Assembly (NCBI GenBank): GCA_965206745.1
Contig: OZ242220.1
Location: 736,001 to 800,000, forward strand
Direction of reading: 5' to 3'
DNA length: 64,000 nucleotides
Source of the DNA: Nitrosopumilus sp.
GTDB lineage: Archaea > Thermoproteota > Nitrososphaeria > Nitrososphaerales > Nitrosopumilaceae
Shown in pieces: positions 9,649-19,502 of this stretch; positions within the stretch are counted from its first letter, which is position 1; each line of letters begins with the position of its first letter. The notes beneath the pieces are model-generated. The model ran no database searches. It was not told the origin of the DNA and was given only the letters and a program-made list of their open reading frames with translations. The position numbers and the translations under genes were made by a program.

Positions 9649-10374
9649 TCACATATACATGCCAGATATCTCTTCTCTGTGCTCTGCATATTTTTGGGAT
9701 AATTCGCTAAACTCCGAATGAATTCTGTCCTTTTCTTTTCGAAGTTCCGACGTGTCTATTTTCATATCATAAAATCGATTCAATGCCTCAATTAGAGTTA
9801 CAGCAGCAGTAGAGTCAGGCGCTTCCTTGTCTGCTTTTGCCAATAGGGTTAACCCTTGAATCTCCCTTACTAGGCACTCATTTAGTATGCCTCCAGGTAT
9901 CCCTGTGATGAATCCTTGAGGAATCATACTGATGTCTTTATCTGCCATTGTTCTTACTAGATCCTCCTCTGCTGCACAGTATGCTTTGTCGTCATGCTCC
10001 GTACTTGCAACCCCGTCCAAAATTACGATCTCTTTGGATCCTTTCTGAGCCGCCCAGTCTAAAATGGATGATACCAGTGAGAACAGCCCCTCCATCCTCA
10101 ATGTCACTTCGCAAATTATTGCGCATATTGTCCCTTCCTTGTTTGCATAGAATCGAAATGGATGGCGTAATCTGCCTTTCATGAATACAGTTGATGGTGG
10201 CAAGTATTTTGATCTCATCACTGCTATCTCTTCCATGTCTAATTCTGTAATGATGTGGTTAATCGCGACAGGACCCACTAGGCCTGCACCAACAAACCCT
10301 GCAAAGATTATCGGGTTATTCAATTCTACCTTCTTGATTTCAAAAACCTCTGCTTCTGGAAATTCTTTTTGCAC
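9649..10374 (-). CDS. Proteasome assembly chaperone (PAC2) family protein
   Basis: GFVGAGLVG..A..HII motif; C-terminal MYM HbYX-like end. Confidence 0.85.
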   Translation of the reverse strand: MQKEFPEAEVFEIKKVELNNPIIFAGFVGAGLVGPVAINHIITELDMEEIAVMRSKYLPPSTVFMKGRLRHPFRFYANKEGTICAIICEVTLRMEGLFSLVSSILDWAAQKGSKEIVILDGVASTEHDDKAYCAAEEDLVRTMADKDISMIPQGFITGIPGGILNECLVREIQGLTLLAKADKEAPDSTAAVTLIEALNRFYDMKIDTSELRKEKDRIHSEFSELSQKYAEHREEISGMYM

Positions 10375-10449
10375 TGCTTACGTCGATTTGTCCTGATTAA
10401 TTACCTTTGTCAATAAGTGAATTGTATGTAAAAATAAAAAAATGTGGGA

Positions 10450-10806
10450 TTAGGCCACATAGTTGGTCTTTTGCATGAAGAGGTTCAACATGATTCTACC
10501 CTTGTCTGTAATCGTATAGATCACATTTGCCCCCACGGCCTCTTTGCTTATGAACTCATAATCTACACACAGGTGCAGATAGTTCAGAAATGATTTTTTC
10601 ATCCTTATCTTTGATTTTGAATACAAATCAGAGAATGTCATGGGGGTTCCTCTTAGTTGGTATAGCAGTTTCAATAAAGATAACGTGCTGTAATCCCGTG
10701 TTCTTGCCTTTACCGCATCTAGGACCTGCTCATCCCTGTATATGATGAAATCCTCGAATTGGTCTGCCACCTCTAGTGGCACGTATGTGAGTCTTGCTCG
10801 TATCAT
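10450..10806 (-). CDS. Winged helix-turn-helix DNA-binding protein
   Basis: MTFSDLYSKS..FLNYL..YTITDKGR wHTH pattern. Confidence 0.75.
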   Translation of the reverse strand: MIRARLTYVPLEVADQFEDFIIYRDEQVLDAVKARTRDYSTLSLLKLLYQLRGTPMTFSDLYSKSKIRMKKSFLNYLHLCVDYEFISKEAVGANVIYTITDKGRIMLNLFMQKTNYVA

Positions 10807-10822
10807 ACCGTATGGTACGGTA
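10806..10822. promoter_or_regulatory. Palindromic operator candidate TACCGTA-TGG-TACGGTA
   Basis: Perfect 7-bp inverted repeat abutting the start codon of the wHTH gene. Confidence 0.5.
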
Positions 10823-10983
10823 CATTACCTTATTAGTGTTTAACTTTGGCATTGTTGATCCTATCAGGTGGTTTTTTTACACCTAATCGCGACCGGATCT
10901 GCCCTGAAATTAGCTTGAATTATTTGATTTGTGAAATTATAGCATATCGCCTGATTTAAACGACCAAAACTAGAAATCAATCT

Positions 10984-11916
10984 GTGGAAATTGCGACAAA
11001 TGCCGTACTGGTTATTATTGGTCTAGCTATGTTGTGTTTCGGCGGTAACTGGCTGGTAAGCGGTGGTGCTGCAATTGCAAGAAGATTTCGTATCAGTAAC
11101 CTTGTGATTGGAATGACGATTGTCGCATATGGTACTTCTACCCCTGAACTTGCAGCAAGTGTCAGGGCAGCTGGTGAGCACAGTGCAATTATTCTTGGAA
11201 ATATTGTTGGAAGCAACATTGCAAACGTTGGCATGGTAATTGGTATTGCTGCAATACTTGTTCCTCTTGCAGTAAGTAAATCCACATTACGAAAAGAGAT
11301 TCCACTTATGCTGGGTGTCTCTTTTTTATTGGTCATGTTATCTATTGACGGTGAACTATCCCAATATGATGGAGTCATACTGCTTGTTGGTTTGGGTATC
11401 TTTGGTTATTACACATACAAAAATGCAATCAAACATAGAGTAGAAGACAACAAGGACTCGCAGAGTAAAAATAATCTTTATCTGAAATCTGCCGGATTAA
11501 TTGGGATCGGCATATCTCTTTTGTATGTTGGTGCAATACTGACAGTTGATAACGCTGTAATTTTGGCAGAAGAGTTTGGATTGTCTGAAAAGCTAATTGG
11601 ACTAACTGTTATTGCAATCGGAACTTCGCTTCCAGAACTGATCACTTCTATAATTGCAATCCGGAAGGGCCATACTGACATTGGTATTGGAAATATCATT
11701 GGAAGTAACATCTACAATATTTTGATGATTATGGGGGTCGGTGCAGCTCTCGGTGGAGTGATAGTTGACGCTGATGTCTATGTTGACTATGCGATCATGT
11801 TTATCTTCAGCCTCTCGTTACTTACTGCTTTGAGGGCTGGGGTAATTGGCAGAGTCACTGGAATTTGCCTGGCAGCCGGATATGTGGCCTATCTGCTAAT
11901 CCTCTTTTTCAAGTAA
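10984..11916 (+). CDS. Calcium/sodium antiporter (CaCA, YrbG type)
   Basis: Two alpha repeats GTSTPE..GNIVGSNIAN and GTSLPE..GNIIGSNIYN. Confidence 0.92.
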   Translation: MEIATNAVLVIIGLAMLCFGGNWLVSGGAAIARRFRISNLVIGMTIVAYGTSTPELAASVRAAGEHSAIILGNIVGSNIANVGMVIGIAAILVPLAVSKSTLRKEIPLMLGVSFLLVMLSIDGELSQYDGVILLVGLGIFGYYTYKNAIKHRVEDNKDSQSKNNLYLKSAGLIGIGISLLYVGAILTVDNAVILAEEFGLSEKLIGLTVIAIGTSLPELITSIIAIRKGHTDIGIGNIIGSNIYNILMIMGVGAALGGVIVDADVYVDYAIMFIFSLSLLTALRAGVIGRVTGICLAAGYVAYLLILFFK

Positions 11917-11935
11917 TTCGTGCCTAAATTTAGAT

Positions 11936-13294
11936 CTAAATGGCGTTTACTGAAATATTTTCAGCCTTCAATGATGGGGTGACTGATGACAGCGATGCCC
12001 ATTGGATGACGTTTCTTTGGTTGTTTCCAATGGCTGAAATATTTTTTATCATTGTTGGCATGTTGTGGATTATCCTCACTGATTTTCCAGGACCTGTTAT
12101 TTCTCCGTTTTTAATAACTCTAATTCCGCTTCTGGCAGTGCATGAGAAATCTCCCCTGATGGGATTCACTGCATACGTGTACCATAATCTTCCCACCAAT
12201 ATTCCCTTTCTTGTCTCTTTGATCATCTCTTCCTGAGAGTATTCCCCTGGAGTGACTGTGAGGTTATGTGGAGCTGCGATTGGAATGGGCTCTGAACTTC
12301 GGCCTATTGGAGAATCTGGCCGCGATGCATTACCTGTTGATTTAACTCCTTCCTTGTAACTGTCAAAAAGATTTGAAAAAGTATTTTTGAAAATGCCTTT
12401 TTCTACCAGATTTATTTTTGTTGTTCTTATCCCTTCATCATCTACTGATTTTGTACCTATTCCTTCAGGAATATGTGGGTCATCAACTAAATTGAATTGT
12501 TTGACTGCTATCTCTTTTCCAAAATCACCTGAAAAGCAGCTTTTCTTTTCTGAAAATGTTTTAAAATTGAAATTTGATGCCATCACAAATGCTAATAGTT
12601 CTCCAACCGAATATGGTTCAAAAATTATCGAGTATGTATCTGAATCGATTTTTTGTGGATTTATTGACTCTATGCACATTGTTTTGGCATCCTCTCCTAT
12701 CTGCTTTGAGGAAAAATTTGACAATGTTCTTCCGCTTGCATGCCCGATACCGGAAACCGGCATCTCTCCGCACTCTGATTCTGCATTGATAATTCCTGAA
12801 ATGTATGTTGCTTTTTCTGCAAAACTCAATCCGTTTGAATTCATCAATTCAAAATTTTCAGATGTGATATTGAGTGATCCTGTAATCGCATTTATTTTAT
12901 CCATGCTTGCTGAATTAATCATGTCTTGTGCGATATCCGTGCATTTGGAGCCTGAAATCTTCTCTAACCTTTCATCAAATGTCCCTTTCAGCACTTTGTG
13001 TTCCACTTTGTATGGCAGTCCTGCCCAAAATTCCCTTGGTTTGAGATCTGACAGTATTTTAAATGACTTGTCAATCTCATCTTCTATCTTCTTCTCATCA
13101 GTTGTCTCCATTGACATGATTTTCTTATTGTGAATTAATCTAATTCCAAAATTCTCATTAAAATTATGTTTAATTTCAGCGATTTCTGAATCTGTGATTC
13201 TTACAGTCGTGATCTTTTTCTTAACTCTGATAATATCGCATTCGTCAATTCCTATCTTTTTTGAATGACTGAGTGCCTTTTCTAAGGCTGACAA
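11936..13294 (-). CDS. TldD/PmbA family protein (PmbA/TldE-like)
   Basis: DDPHIP..VDDEG, STGNASR, NPIRGDFS; no HExxxH motif seen. Confidence 0.85.
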   Translation of the reverse strand: MSALEKALSHSKKIGIDECDIIRVKKKITTVRITDSEIAEIKHNFNENFGIRLIHNKKIMSMETTDEKKIEDEIDKSFKILSDLKPREFWAGLPYKVEHKVLKGTFDERLEKISGSKCTDIAQDMINSASMDKINAITGSLNITSENFELMNSNGLSFAEKATYISGIINAESECGEMPVSGIGHASGRTLSNFSSKQIGEDAKTMCIESINPQKIDSDTYSIIFEPYSVGELLAFVMASNFNFKTFSEKKSCFSGDFGKEIAVKQFNLVDDPHIPEGIGTKSVDDEGIRTTKINLVEKGIFKNTFSNLFDSYKEGVKSTGNASRPDSPIGRSSEPIPIAAPHNLTVTPGEYSQEEMIKETRKGILVGRLWYTYAVNPIRGDFSCTARSGIRVIKNGEITGPGKSVRIIHNMPTMIKNISAIGNNQRNVIQWASLSSVTPSLKAENISVNAI

Positions 13295-13295
13295 A

Positions 13296-14552
13296 TTACT
13301 GTTTCCTGGGATTTTTGTAATTGAATTTTTTTATTTTAATCAACTCCACATATGATCCAAACTGCGTGTCTGTGACATTATCCATCTTGTCCTCTACTTC
13401 ATCAATGCCGTCAAACTTTTTTAGAACTTCATAGTTTGTGCTTCTCTCGGCTGGAACCCTTCCTATCTCTTTTATCATCCTTCTGATCTCTTTTGGTTTT
13501 AGCAACTGGCCGTATTCTGAACCTGCAGATGTTGAAATGCTCTCGTTGATTAGGGTTCCCCCAAAATCATTTGCTCCCCACATGAGCAACAGCTGTGACA
13601 TTTTTTGTCCCTCTTTTACCCATGACATTTGAATATTATTAATTGAATTATTGAGCATTATTCTTGAAACCGCATGAGTGAGCAGGACATCATTTCCGCT
13701 ACCTCCTTGTCTTATGCCTTGATGCAGCTGGTGTTTGTACATTGGTGCCTCAGTATGGATAAAGTTTAATGGAACAAACTCTGTAAACCCGCCTGTCTCC
13801 TTTTGAATGTCTCTTAGTCTTGCAATGTGCTTTACTCTGTCTTCAGGTGTTTCTACGTGCCCGAACATCATAGTTGAGGTTGTATTGATTCCCATTTTGT
13901 GTGCACCCTTGATCACCCTCTCCCAATCCTCAACACTAATTCTGCCTGGGGATATCTTGTCTCTTAATTCTTGGTCTAAAATTTCAGCCGATGTTCCTGG
14001 AAGCGTATTTACACCTGCTTCCTTCATTCTCTTCAAAAACTCCTCAATTGATACATTTGAGCACTTTGCCCCGTATAGAATCTCTTCAGGCGAAAACCCA
14101 TGAATGTGGATATCTGGAATCTCTTTTTTGATATCTTTGCAAATACTTTCATACAAATTTCCTTCCATGTCCGGTGGAAGCCCTGCCTGGATGCATACTT
14201 CTGTTGCCCCTAACTGATATGCCTCTTTTGCTCTACGTACAATCTCCTCATTTGGAAGGAAATATCCCTCCTCTTCCCTAAAATCCCTACTAAATGCGCA
14301 AAATCCACATTGCTTGACACAGACGTTTGTAAAGTTGATATTCCTATTTACTACATACGATACAATATCTCCGACTCTCCTTCTTCTTAGTTCGTCTGCA
14401 ACTAGGCCTGTCAAATGAAAGTCTGTGCCCTGAGCGCCAAATAACGCTAATCCGTCTTTTACAGATATCTCTTTTTCAGATAATGCATTGTTTAGTATTT
14501 GAGCAACTATGGGATCTGCATTTCTGAAAAGTGAATCTATGTTAGTTATCAT
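13296..14552 (-). CDS. cofH: FO synthase subunit CofH
   Basis: NRNINFTNVCVKQCGFCAF, PGTSAEIL, NIQMSW, NDFGGTL; overlaps cofG stop (ATGA). Confidence 0.93.
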   Translation of the reverse strand: MITNIDSLFRNADPIVAQILNNALSEKEISVKDGLALFGAQGTDFHLTGLVADELRRRRVGDIVSYVVNRNINFTNVCVKQCGFCAFSRDFREEEGYFLPNEEIVRRAKEAYQLGATEVCIQAGLPPDMEGNLYESICKDIKKEIPDIHIHGFSPEEILYGAKCSNVSIEEFLKRMKEAGVNTLPGTSAEILDQELRDKISPGRISVEDWERVIKGAHKMGINTTSTMMFGHVETPEDRVKHIARLRDIQKETGGFTEFVPLNFIHTEAPMYKHQLHQGIRQGGSGNDVLLTHAVSRIMLNNSINNIQMSWVKEGQKMSQLLLMWGANDFGGTLINESISTSAGSEYGQLLKPKEIRRMIKEIGRVPAERSTNYEVLKKFDGIDEVEDKMDNVTDTQFGSYVELIKIKKFNYKNPRKQ

Positions 14553-15718
14553 CTCCAATACTCCTCTTTTACGAATCCTTCCTCATCTTCAATGACTGCC
14601 ATCTTGCCTCTTAACTCTTTGCTAATAAAAGAAAAATATTCTGGGTATACGGGGAATCTGCATTTTAAATCAAAACCTGCTTTTCTTGAATTTTCATCTA
14701 CTCTGTCAATTGCAGGCCAGGAAAATTCTGGATTTACAAAATCCGGCGTAAGCGGGGATATTCCTCCCCAGTCATTTATCCCTACTGACAAGAAATCTTG
14801 ATATGATTTTGGAGACAGGTTTGGTGGAATTTGTATGTTCATTTGTGGCATGATGATTCTTGATAATGCCACAACTAATTTGAAATACTTTTCATCTGCA
14901 GACGGTTTGTCTTTCATTACTGTATCTGGTTTTGGCTGAAAGTTTTGTAAAATCACTTCCTGAATGTTCCCATGTTTATCATCTAGTTGTTTTATTGCAA
15001 ACAATGAATCGATTATCTCATCAATAGTCTCGCCGATGCCTACCAAAATACCTGTGGTCATTGGGATGCCCAGTCTTCCAGAATTTTCCAAAATTTCCAA
15101 TCTTACTTTTGGTCTTTTGCTTGCCGCTAAATGATGTGGCATTCCTTTCTCAGTTAGTCTTTGACTGACATTCTCTAACATTATTCCCATCGACACATTT
15201 GTTTTCTTCAATTCCTTCATCTCTTCGTAATTTAGATTTCCCGCATTTGTATGTGGGAATAATCCCATCTCTAATGCAAGTTCTGAAGAATGGATTAGGT
15301 ATTCTGCAGTAGATTTGAATCCATTTTCCTTTAACCAATCCCGAGCTTCTTGATATCTCTGTTCTGGTTGCTCACCTGTAACAAAAAGAGCTTCGACACA
15401 TCTGTATTTTTTTGCAAGTGTCAACAACTCTGATATTTGCCGCTTTGACATCAAAGAAATCTTTGCCTCTCCAGGTTCGGATTTGTATGTGCAATAGGAA
15501 CATGTATCTTTACAAAGATTGACAATGTTGAAAAATGCTTTTTTGGAAAATGTTACGGATTTTTTTTTGAATTTCTTCCTTAGGTTTTGTGAAACTTGAA
15601 ATAGATCATTTGGGTTTTTTGTTGCATTTTTATAAATATCACTGATGTCTTGACGAGAAGCCTGCTTGCCCTCTAAAATATTATTAAAGATCTCTGAATC
15701 AAAGACAAGATTATTCAT
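14549..15718 (-). CDS. cofG: FO synthase subunit CofG
   Basis: CKDTCSYC, PHTNAG, TTGILVGIGE, QEVILQNF, QIPPNL, DWGGISP. Confidence 0.93.
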   Translation of the reverse strand: MNNLVFDSEIFNNILEGKQASRQDISDIYKNATKNPNDLFQVSQNLRKKFKKKSVTFSKKAFFNIVNLCKDTCSYCTYKSEPGEAKISLMSKRQISELLTLAKKYRCVEALFVTGEQPEQRYQEARDWLKENGFKSTAEYLIHSSELALEMGLFPHTNAGNLNYEEMKELKKTNVSMGIMLENVSQRLTEKGMPHHLAASKRPKVRLEILENSGRLGIPMTTGILVGIGETIDEIIDSLFAIKQLDDKHGNIQEVILQNFQPKPDTVMKDKPSADEKYFKLVVALSRIIMPQMNIQIPPNLSPKSYQDFLSVGINDWGGISPLTPDFVNPEFSWPAIDRVDENSRKAGFDLKCRFPVYPEYFSFISKELRGKMAVIEDEEGFVKEEYWR

Positions 15719-15767
15719 CAGAAGAATTTCTTGTTAAGACGTATTTATGCTTGTATTTACATCCTTT

Positions 15768-16973
15768 TCAACTTGGTCTTTCTTCTAGTATGATTGTGAT
15801 ATTTGTAGTCCTGCCGTCTCTTAGTACTTGTAAAATCATCTCATCTCCTATCGATTTTACTCTTTGCAGATGAATCAGGATATCATCAATCTTCCTAACT
15901 TCGATTTCATCTACTGCCAAAATGATGTCCCCCCCGACTGGATAACTTACTCCGTCAACCTCAATAGTTTTATCTGAGCCGATTAGCCCTGCATCTGCTG
16001 CAGGACTGTCCTCAACAACTGTGATTACTAGAAATCCAATTGCATCTTTTAGATTCAGCACATTTGCCATGTCTGGATCTATGTCTCTGCCTGCAATTCC
16101 AATCCATGGATGTTTGTATTCCCCACTATCAATTAATATTGGGACAATCTTGGCAACTGTCTGTGACGGAATTGCAAATCCCACACCTGTAAATTCCCCT
16201 GTTCCTGATTGTATTGCTGTGTTGATCCCGACTATTTCTCCACGCATGTTGAGTAGTGGTCCTCCAGAATTACCTGGATTGATTGCCGCATCTGTTTGAA
16301 TCACATCTGGAATTTGATAATTTGATTCTGATGGGAGCAGTCTGCCTAGTTGACTAATGATCCCCGATGTCATAGATCCTGAAAGTCCAAAGGGATTCCC
16401 AATTGCCGCTATCTGTTCCCCTACTTTGAGACTGGCGGAATCTCCAATTGCTAGTGGATGCAGTAGAGCCAAATCTGCATTAACTTTGATTATTGCAATG
16501 TCTGTATACTCATCTGCTCCGATAATGTCTGCATTATATGATCTGCCGTCTAGAAACGTAACAATTACTTTGGTTGCATCTTTTATTACGTGTGCATTTG
16601 TAATTATGTGTCCTTTCTTGTCAAAAACAAAACCTGATCCTACTCCGCCCCTTGCTTCTTGGGTTTCTGTTCTTTGTACATTAACTCTGACTACTCCTGA
16701 CTCTGCTTTTTCAAAAATTTCAATTAATGACAAATTTTTAGAAAATGACGATGGGCTCTCTTCAACGATATTTTTGATTTCTAAGTCTGATACTTCTTGT
16801 TTTGATACTTCTTGCCTTGATGATTCTTGCTTTAACATCTCTTGTTTTAGTACTTCTTGCCTTAGCGATTCTTGCTTTAATGATTCTGGCGGTGCAATAA
16901 ATAATACTACAACAATGGCCATTACCATTGCCGCTCCTATAGCTCCTCCTACAACCATTCCTGACTTGTCCAC
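15768..16973 (-). CDS. htrA: HtrA/DegP-like serine protease with PDZ domain
   Basis: N-terminal TM, ITNAHV, DIA, TDAAINPGNSGGPL, C-terminal PDZ. Confidence 0.92.
   Translation of the reverse strand: MDKSGMVVGGAIGAAMVMAIVVVLFIAPPESLKQESLRQEVLKQEMLKQESSRQEVSKQEVSDLEIKNIVEESPSSFSKNLSLIEIFEKAESGVVRVNVQRTETQEARGGVGSGFVFDKKGHIITNAHVIKDATKVIVTFLDGRSYNADIIGADEYTDIAIIKVNADLALLHPLAIGDSASLKVGEQIAAIGNPFGLSGSMTSGIISQLGRLLPSESNYQIPDVIQTDAAINPGNSGGPLLNMRGEIVGINTAIQSGTGEFTGVGFAIPSQTVAKIVPILIDSGEYKHPWIGIAGRDIDPDMANVLNLKDAIGFLVITVVEDSPAADAGLIGSDKTIEVDGVSYPVGGDIILAVDEIEVRKIDDILIHLQRVKSIGDEMILQVLRDGRTTNITIILEERPS
16791..16886. repeat. Degenerate 15-bp tandem repeat encoding (K/R)QExx pentapeptides in the HtrA linker
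   Basis: tacttcttgttttga tacttcttgccttga tgattcttgctttaa catctcttgttttag tacttcttgccttag cgattcttgctttaa. Confidence 0.8.
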
Positions 16974-17462
16974 GAGATTTTTATTCTCTGTTTTCTATCT
17001 AAAAGGCTTACTATGTATGATTCTGTTTACTCTGCTGTTACCTATGAATGGCATTTATTTATGTTCAATTGACAAGTAAACCATATTGGCCGCTCTGCGT
17101 TGTCTATTCTGATTCTTTCTGCACATCAAAATATACAGCCACACGTCAAATATGGACAAATTTCGCAACCAATCTGATGGCCTTTAGAATCATCTCACAT
17201 GATTTTTCCAACATTTTGCTTCCTTTCTTGCTTCTCTTTTGCGTCTTTATTCGTATTATCTTGAAATAATCTCTTGATCTCTTGTACTGTGTAGATGTTT
17301 CAGATACCGTTGATGTTTCTGAGTGTCCGAAATCTTTTTCAGTTTGTCATACTACCATTTCATATAAAGCAACAGAGTATTTTTCTGAATAACCCGGAGA
17401 AGATCTTGGCATAAAAAGAACTAGTCTACAGCCGCAGTGAAAAAATCCAAGTTAACATTATA

Positions 17463-18671
17463 CTATACGTTGATTGAATTTTGACTATGGTCCCTCATCG
17501 AATAGCTTCTTCCCCTCCATGTAACTGATGATGTTTTTTTAGCCTGTAGTAACCCGTTCAAAAATCCCAAGACTATCACAAAACTTCCCAATGGTGCAAA
17601 CAACGCATACTGCAATCTTAGCTTTAGCCCTATTTTCACCTCGATAATCGTACCCACGTAAATTAGGCTTGATGCAATTGCTGATGCCATACAAAGTACT
17701 CTTGCAGATGTTGTCTCTACTGGCAATGATGCTGATATTGCAAATGTTGGAAATGGAACAAATAGCAAAAATGTTATCGCAAAAAATATTCCTATCGCAA
17801 TATTTCCGTTTTGAAGATAAAGTGGCACCATCAGTCTCTTCAGAGCATTCCACAAGGTACTCTTGTCTCTGGCCCACGCTGCATCAATTAGGTGCTCTGC
17901 ACGTACCATTCTCATTTTATATCCTGCTTCTTTCACCTTTTTCCCTAGCGCCCCATCCTCGATAATCTCTTGTTTTACCCCCTCATGCATTCCAACTTTC
18001 TGATATGTGGTTTTTTTCAAAATGAAGAAACTCCCAAAAAAATAACCTGTTTTTTTATTTGGATTGTTTACGTTTAATGCTGAAAATCTGGTGTGCAAAA
18101 ATGTTGAAATGATTGGAAGTGTAATGCTTGTCCAAAAATCAAATGTGAGCATTCTTGGTATTGCAGACAACGCATCCAAATCCAATGAATTCAAGTGCGA
18201 GACTGCCAATGTTATGATATTTTCAGCATGTTTTGTATCTGCATCTGTGAATAGCAACAACTCGCCTGTAGCTTTATCGTATCCTTCCATGCATGCCCAA
18301 TTCTTTCCCATCCATCCGTCCGGCTTTGATCTTGCAGAAACTGGAATAACATTGTGGTGTTTTTTTGCATACTCTGAAATTATCTTCCACGTGGAATCTT
18401 CTGATGAATCATTAATTACTATAATTTCATAATTTTCATAGTCTTGCTTGGTCAGAGAATCAAGGCATTTTCCTATGAACTCTTCCTCATTTCTAGCTGG
18501 CAAAATTACCGAGACCTTTGGGTTTGTTTTTGAAATATCTTCAAATTCATCCAAGTATGGCGCCAATCTAAAGGAATCGATCATTGATTTGAGTAGGAAT
18601 ATCCAAGCTCCGCAGACTCCGATTAAGATTGCAGCCAACGTGTAATTGAAAATATCTAAAATTAAATCCAT
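17463..18671 (-). CDS. Glycosyltransferase family 2, membrane-bound
   Basis: VILPARNEE, INDSSED, GWMGKNWAC, LLFTDAD, IEDGAL; start at MDLILD. Confidence 0.9.
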   Translation of the reverse strand: MDLILDIFNYTLAAILIGVCGAWIFLLKSMIDSFRLAPYLDEFEDISKTNPKVSVILPARNEEEFIGKCLDSLTKQDYENYEIIVINDSSEDSTWKIISEYAKKHHNVIPVSARSKPDGWMGKNWACMEGYDKATGELLLFTDADTKHAENIITLAVSHLNSLDLDALSAIPRMLTFDFWTSITLPIISTFLHTRFSALNVNNPNKKTGYFFGSFFILKKTTYQKVGMHEGVKQEIIEDGALGKKVKEAGYKMRMVRAEHLIDAAWARDKSTLWNALKRLMVPLYLQNGNIAIGIFFAITFLLFVPFPTFAISASLPVETTSARVLCMASAIASSLIYVGTIIEVKIGLKLRLQYALFAPLGSFVIVLGFLNGLLQAKKTSSVTWRGRSYSMRDHSQNSINV

Positions 18672-18675
18672 TGAT

Positions 18676-19092
18676 CTATCTCTCGATCTCTTCTTTGATG
18701 CTTTGCATAGCTTGCTCTGTCCCACTCTTGATATGTTTTTTAATAATTCCCGTAAACATCCCCATCATGCCTGTTAGTTTGATGTCCCAATATGTTGAAA
18801 GTATCGTTTTTCCATCTTTGGTCGTAAGGGACACTACTTTCTCACCGTCGATAATGCCTTTGATGAATTTGGCCTCGATTTTCTCTTTGGGGTGGATCTC
18901 CACTTTTTGCAAGCATTTTTGATCCCTAAATGCAATTGTGACTTCCCTGTTGACTGTATTTCCCTCTTTTGAAATATTTTTGACTTTTTTTGTCCCCTTC
19001 CAAAACTTTGGCTCATTATCTATGTCTGAAACCACATCCCACACTCTGTCAATTGGTGCGTTGATCTCCACTTTTACTTCAATTATAGCCAT
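18676..19092 (-). CDS. SRPBCC/polyketide cyclase-like protein
   Basis: INAPIDRVWDVVSD..P.FW motif; start at MAIIEV. Confidence 0.85.
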   Translation of the reverse strand: MAIIEVKVEINAPIDRVWDVVSDIDNEPKFWKGTKKVKNISKEGNTVNREVTIAFRDQKCLQKVEIHPKEKIEAKFIKGIIDGEKVVSLTTKDGKTILSTYWDIKLTGMMGMFTGIIKKHIKSGTEQAMQSIKEEIER

Positions 19093-19149
19093 ATTCTGCA
19101 ATTTCTTGTTCCGCATTAAATATATTAGATTCCTACACGGTTAGAAATA

Positions 19150-19228
19150 GACTGTGATGGGTAACATGCCTAAAATCCGGAACATTAACTCCAGTTCCAA
19201 TGGCGTTTGCCATTCTTCCGTCACAGTC
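19150..19228 (+). ncRNA. Candidate structured RNA or leader (four-way cloverleaf-like fold)
   Basis: Outer stem GACTGTGATGG/CCGTCACAGTC; inner hairpins GGT/GCC, GGAAC/GTTCC, AATGGC/GCCATT; TTAAATAT box ~27 nt upstream. Confidence 0.45.
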
Positions 19229-19246
19229 ACTAAAATTTGAAAGAAA

Positions 19247-19459
19247 ATGAAACCGACAAAATACATGCCAAAAATTGAAACTTTGAACGGTTCAGATTTT
19301 TGGAAAAATGCATATGCCCATCAACGAGGAAAATTGTTAAAGAAAGTCAATGTTCCTGAGGATCAGATTGTCATACTAGTTAACAAAAAGTATATGGAAC
19401 TCCCTACCGCTTTGAGATATGAAATTGAAACTAGTGGAATCGATAAAAAAGAATTGTAA
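19247..19459 (+). CDS. Small hypothetical protein
   Basis: 70-aa ORF (alternative start MPKIETL at 19265). Confidence 0.7.
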   Translation: MKPTKYMPKIETLNGSDFWKNAYAHQRGKLLKKVNVPEDQIVILVNKKYMELPTALRYEIETSGIDKKEL

Positions 19460-19502
19460 TGAGATTCGAAATTTATTTTAACGGGAATGATTAGATCCAA
19501 AC

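Noticed and set aside
17048-17269. 73-aa ORF between htrA and GT2
   Set aside because: No recognisable motif; the opposite strand shows only a stop-interrupted Cys-rich fragment
19150-19228. Canonical tRNA
   Set aside because: No TTC(G/A)A T-loop, no 7-nt anticodon loop in the right position and no CCA; kept only as a structured RNA candidate
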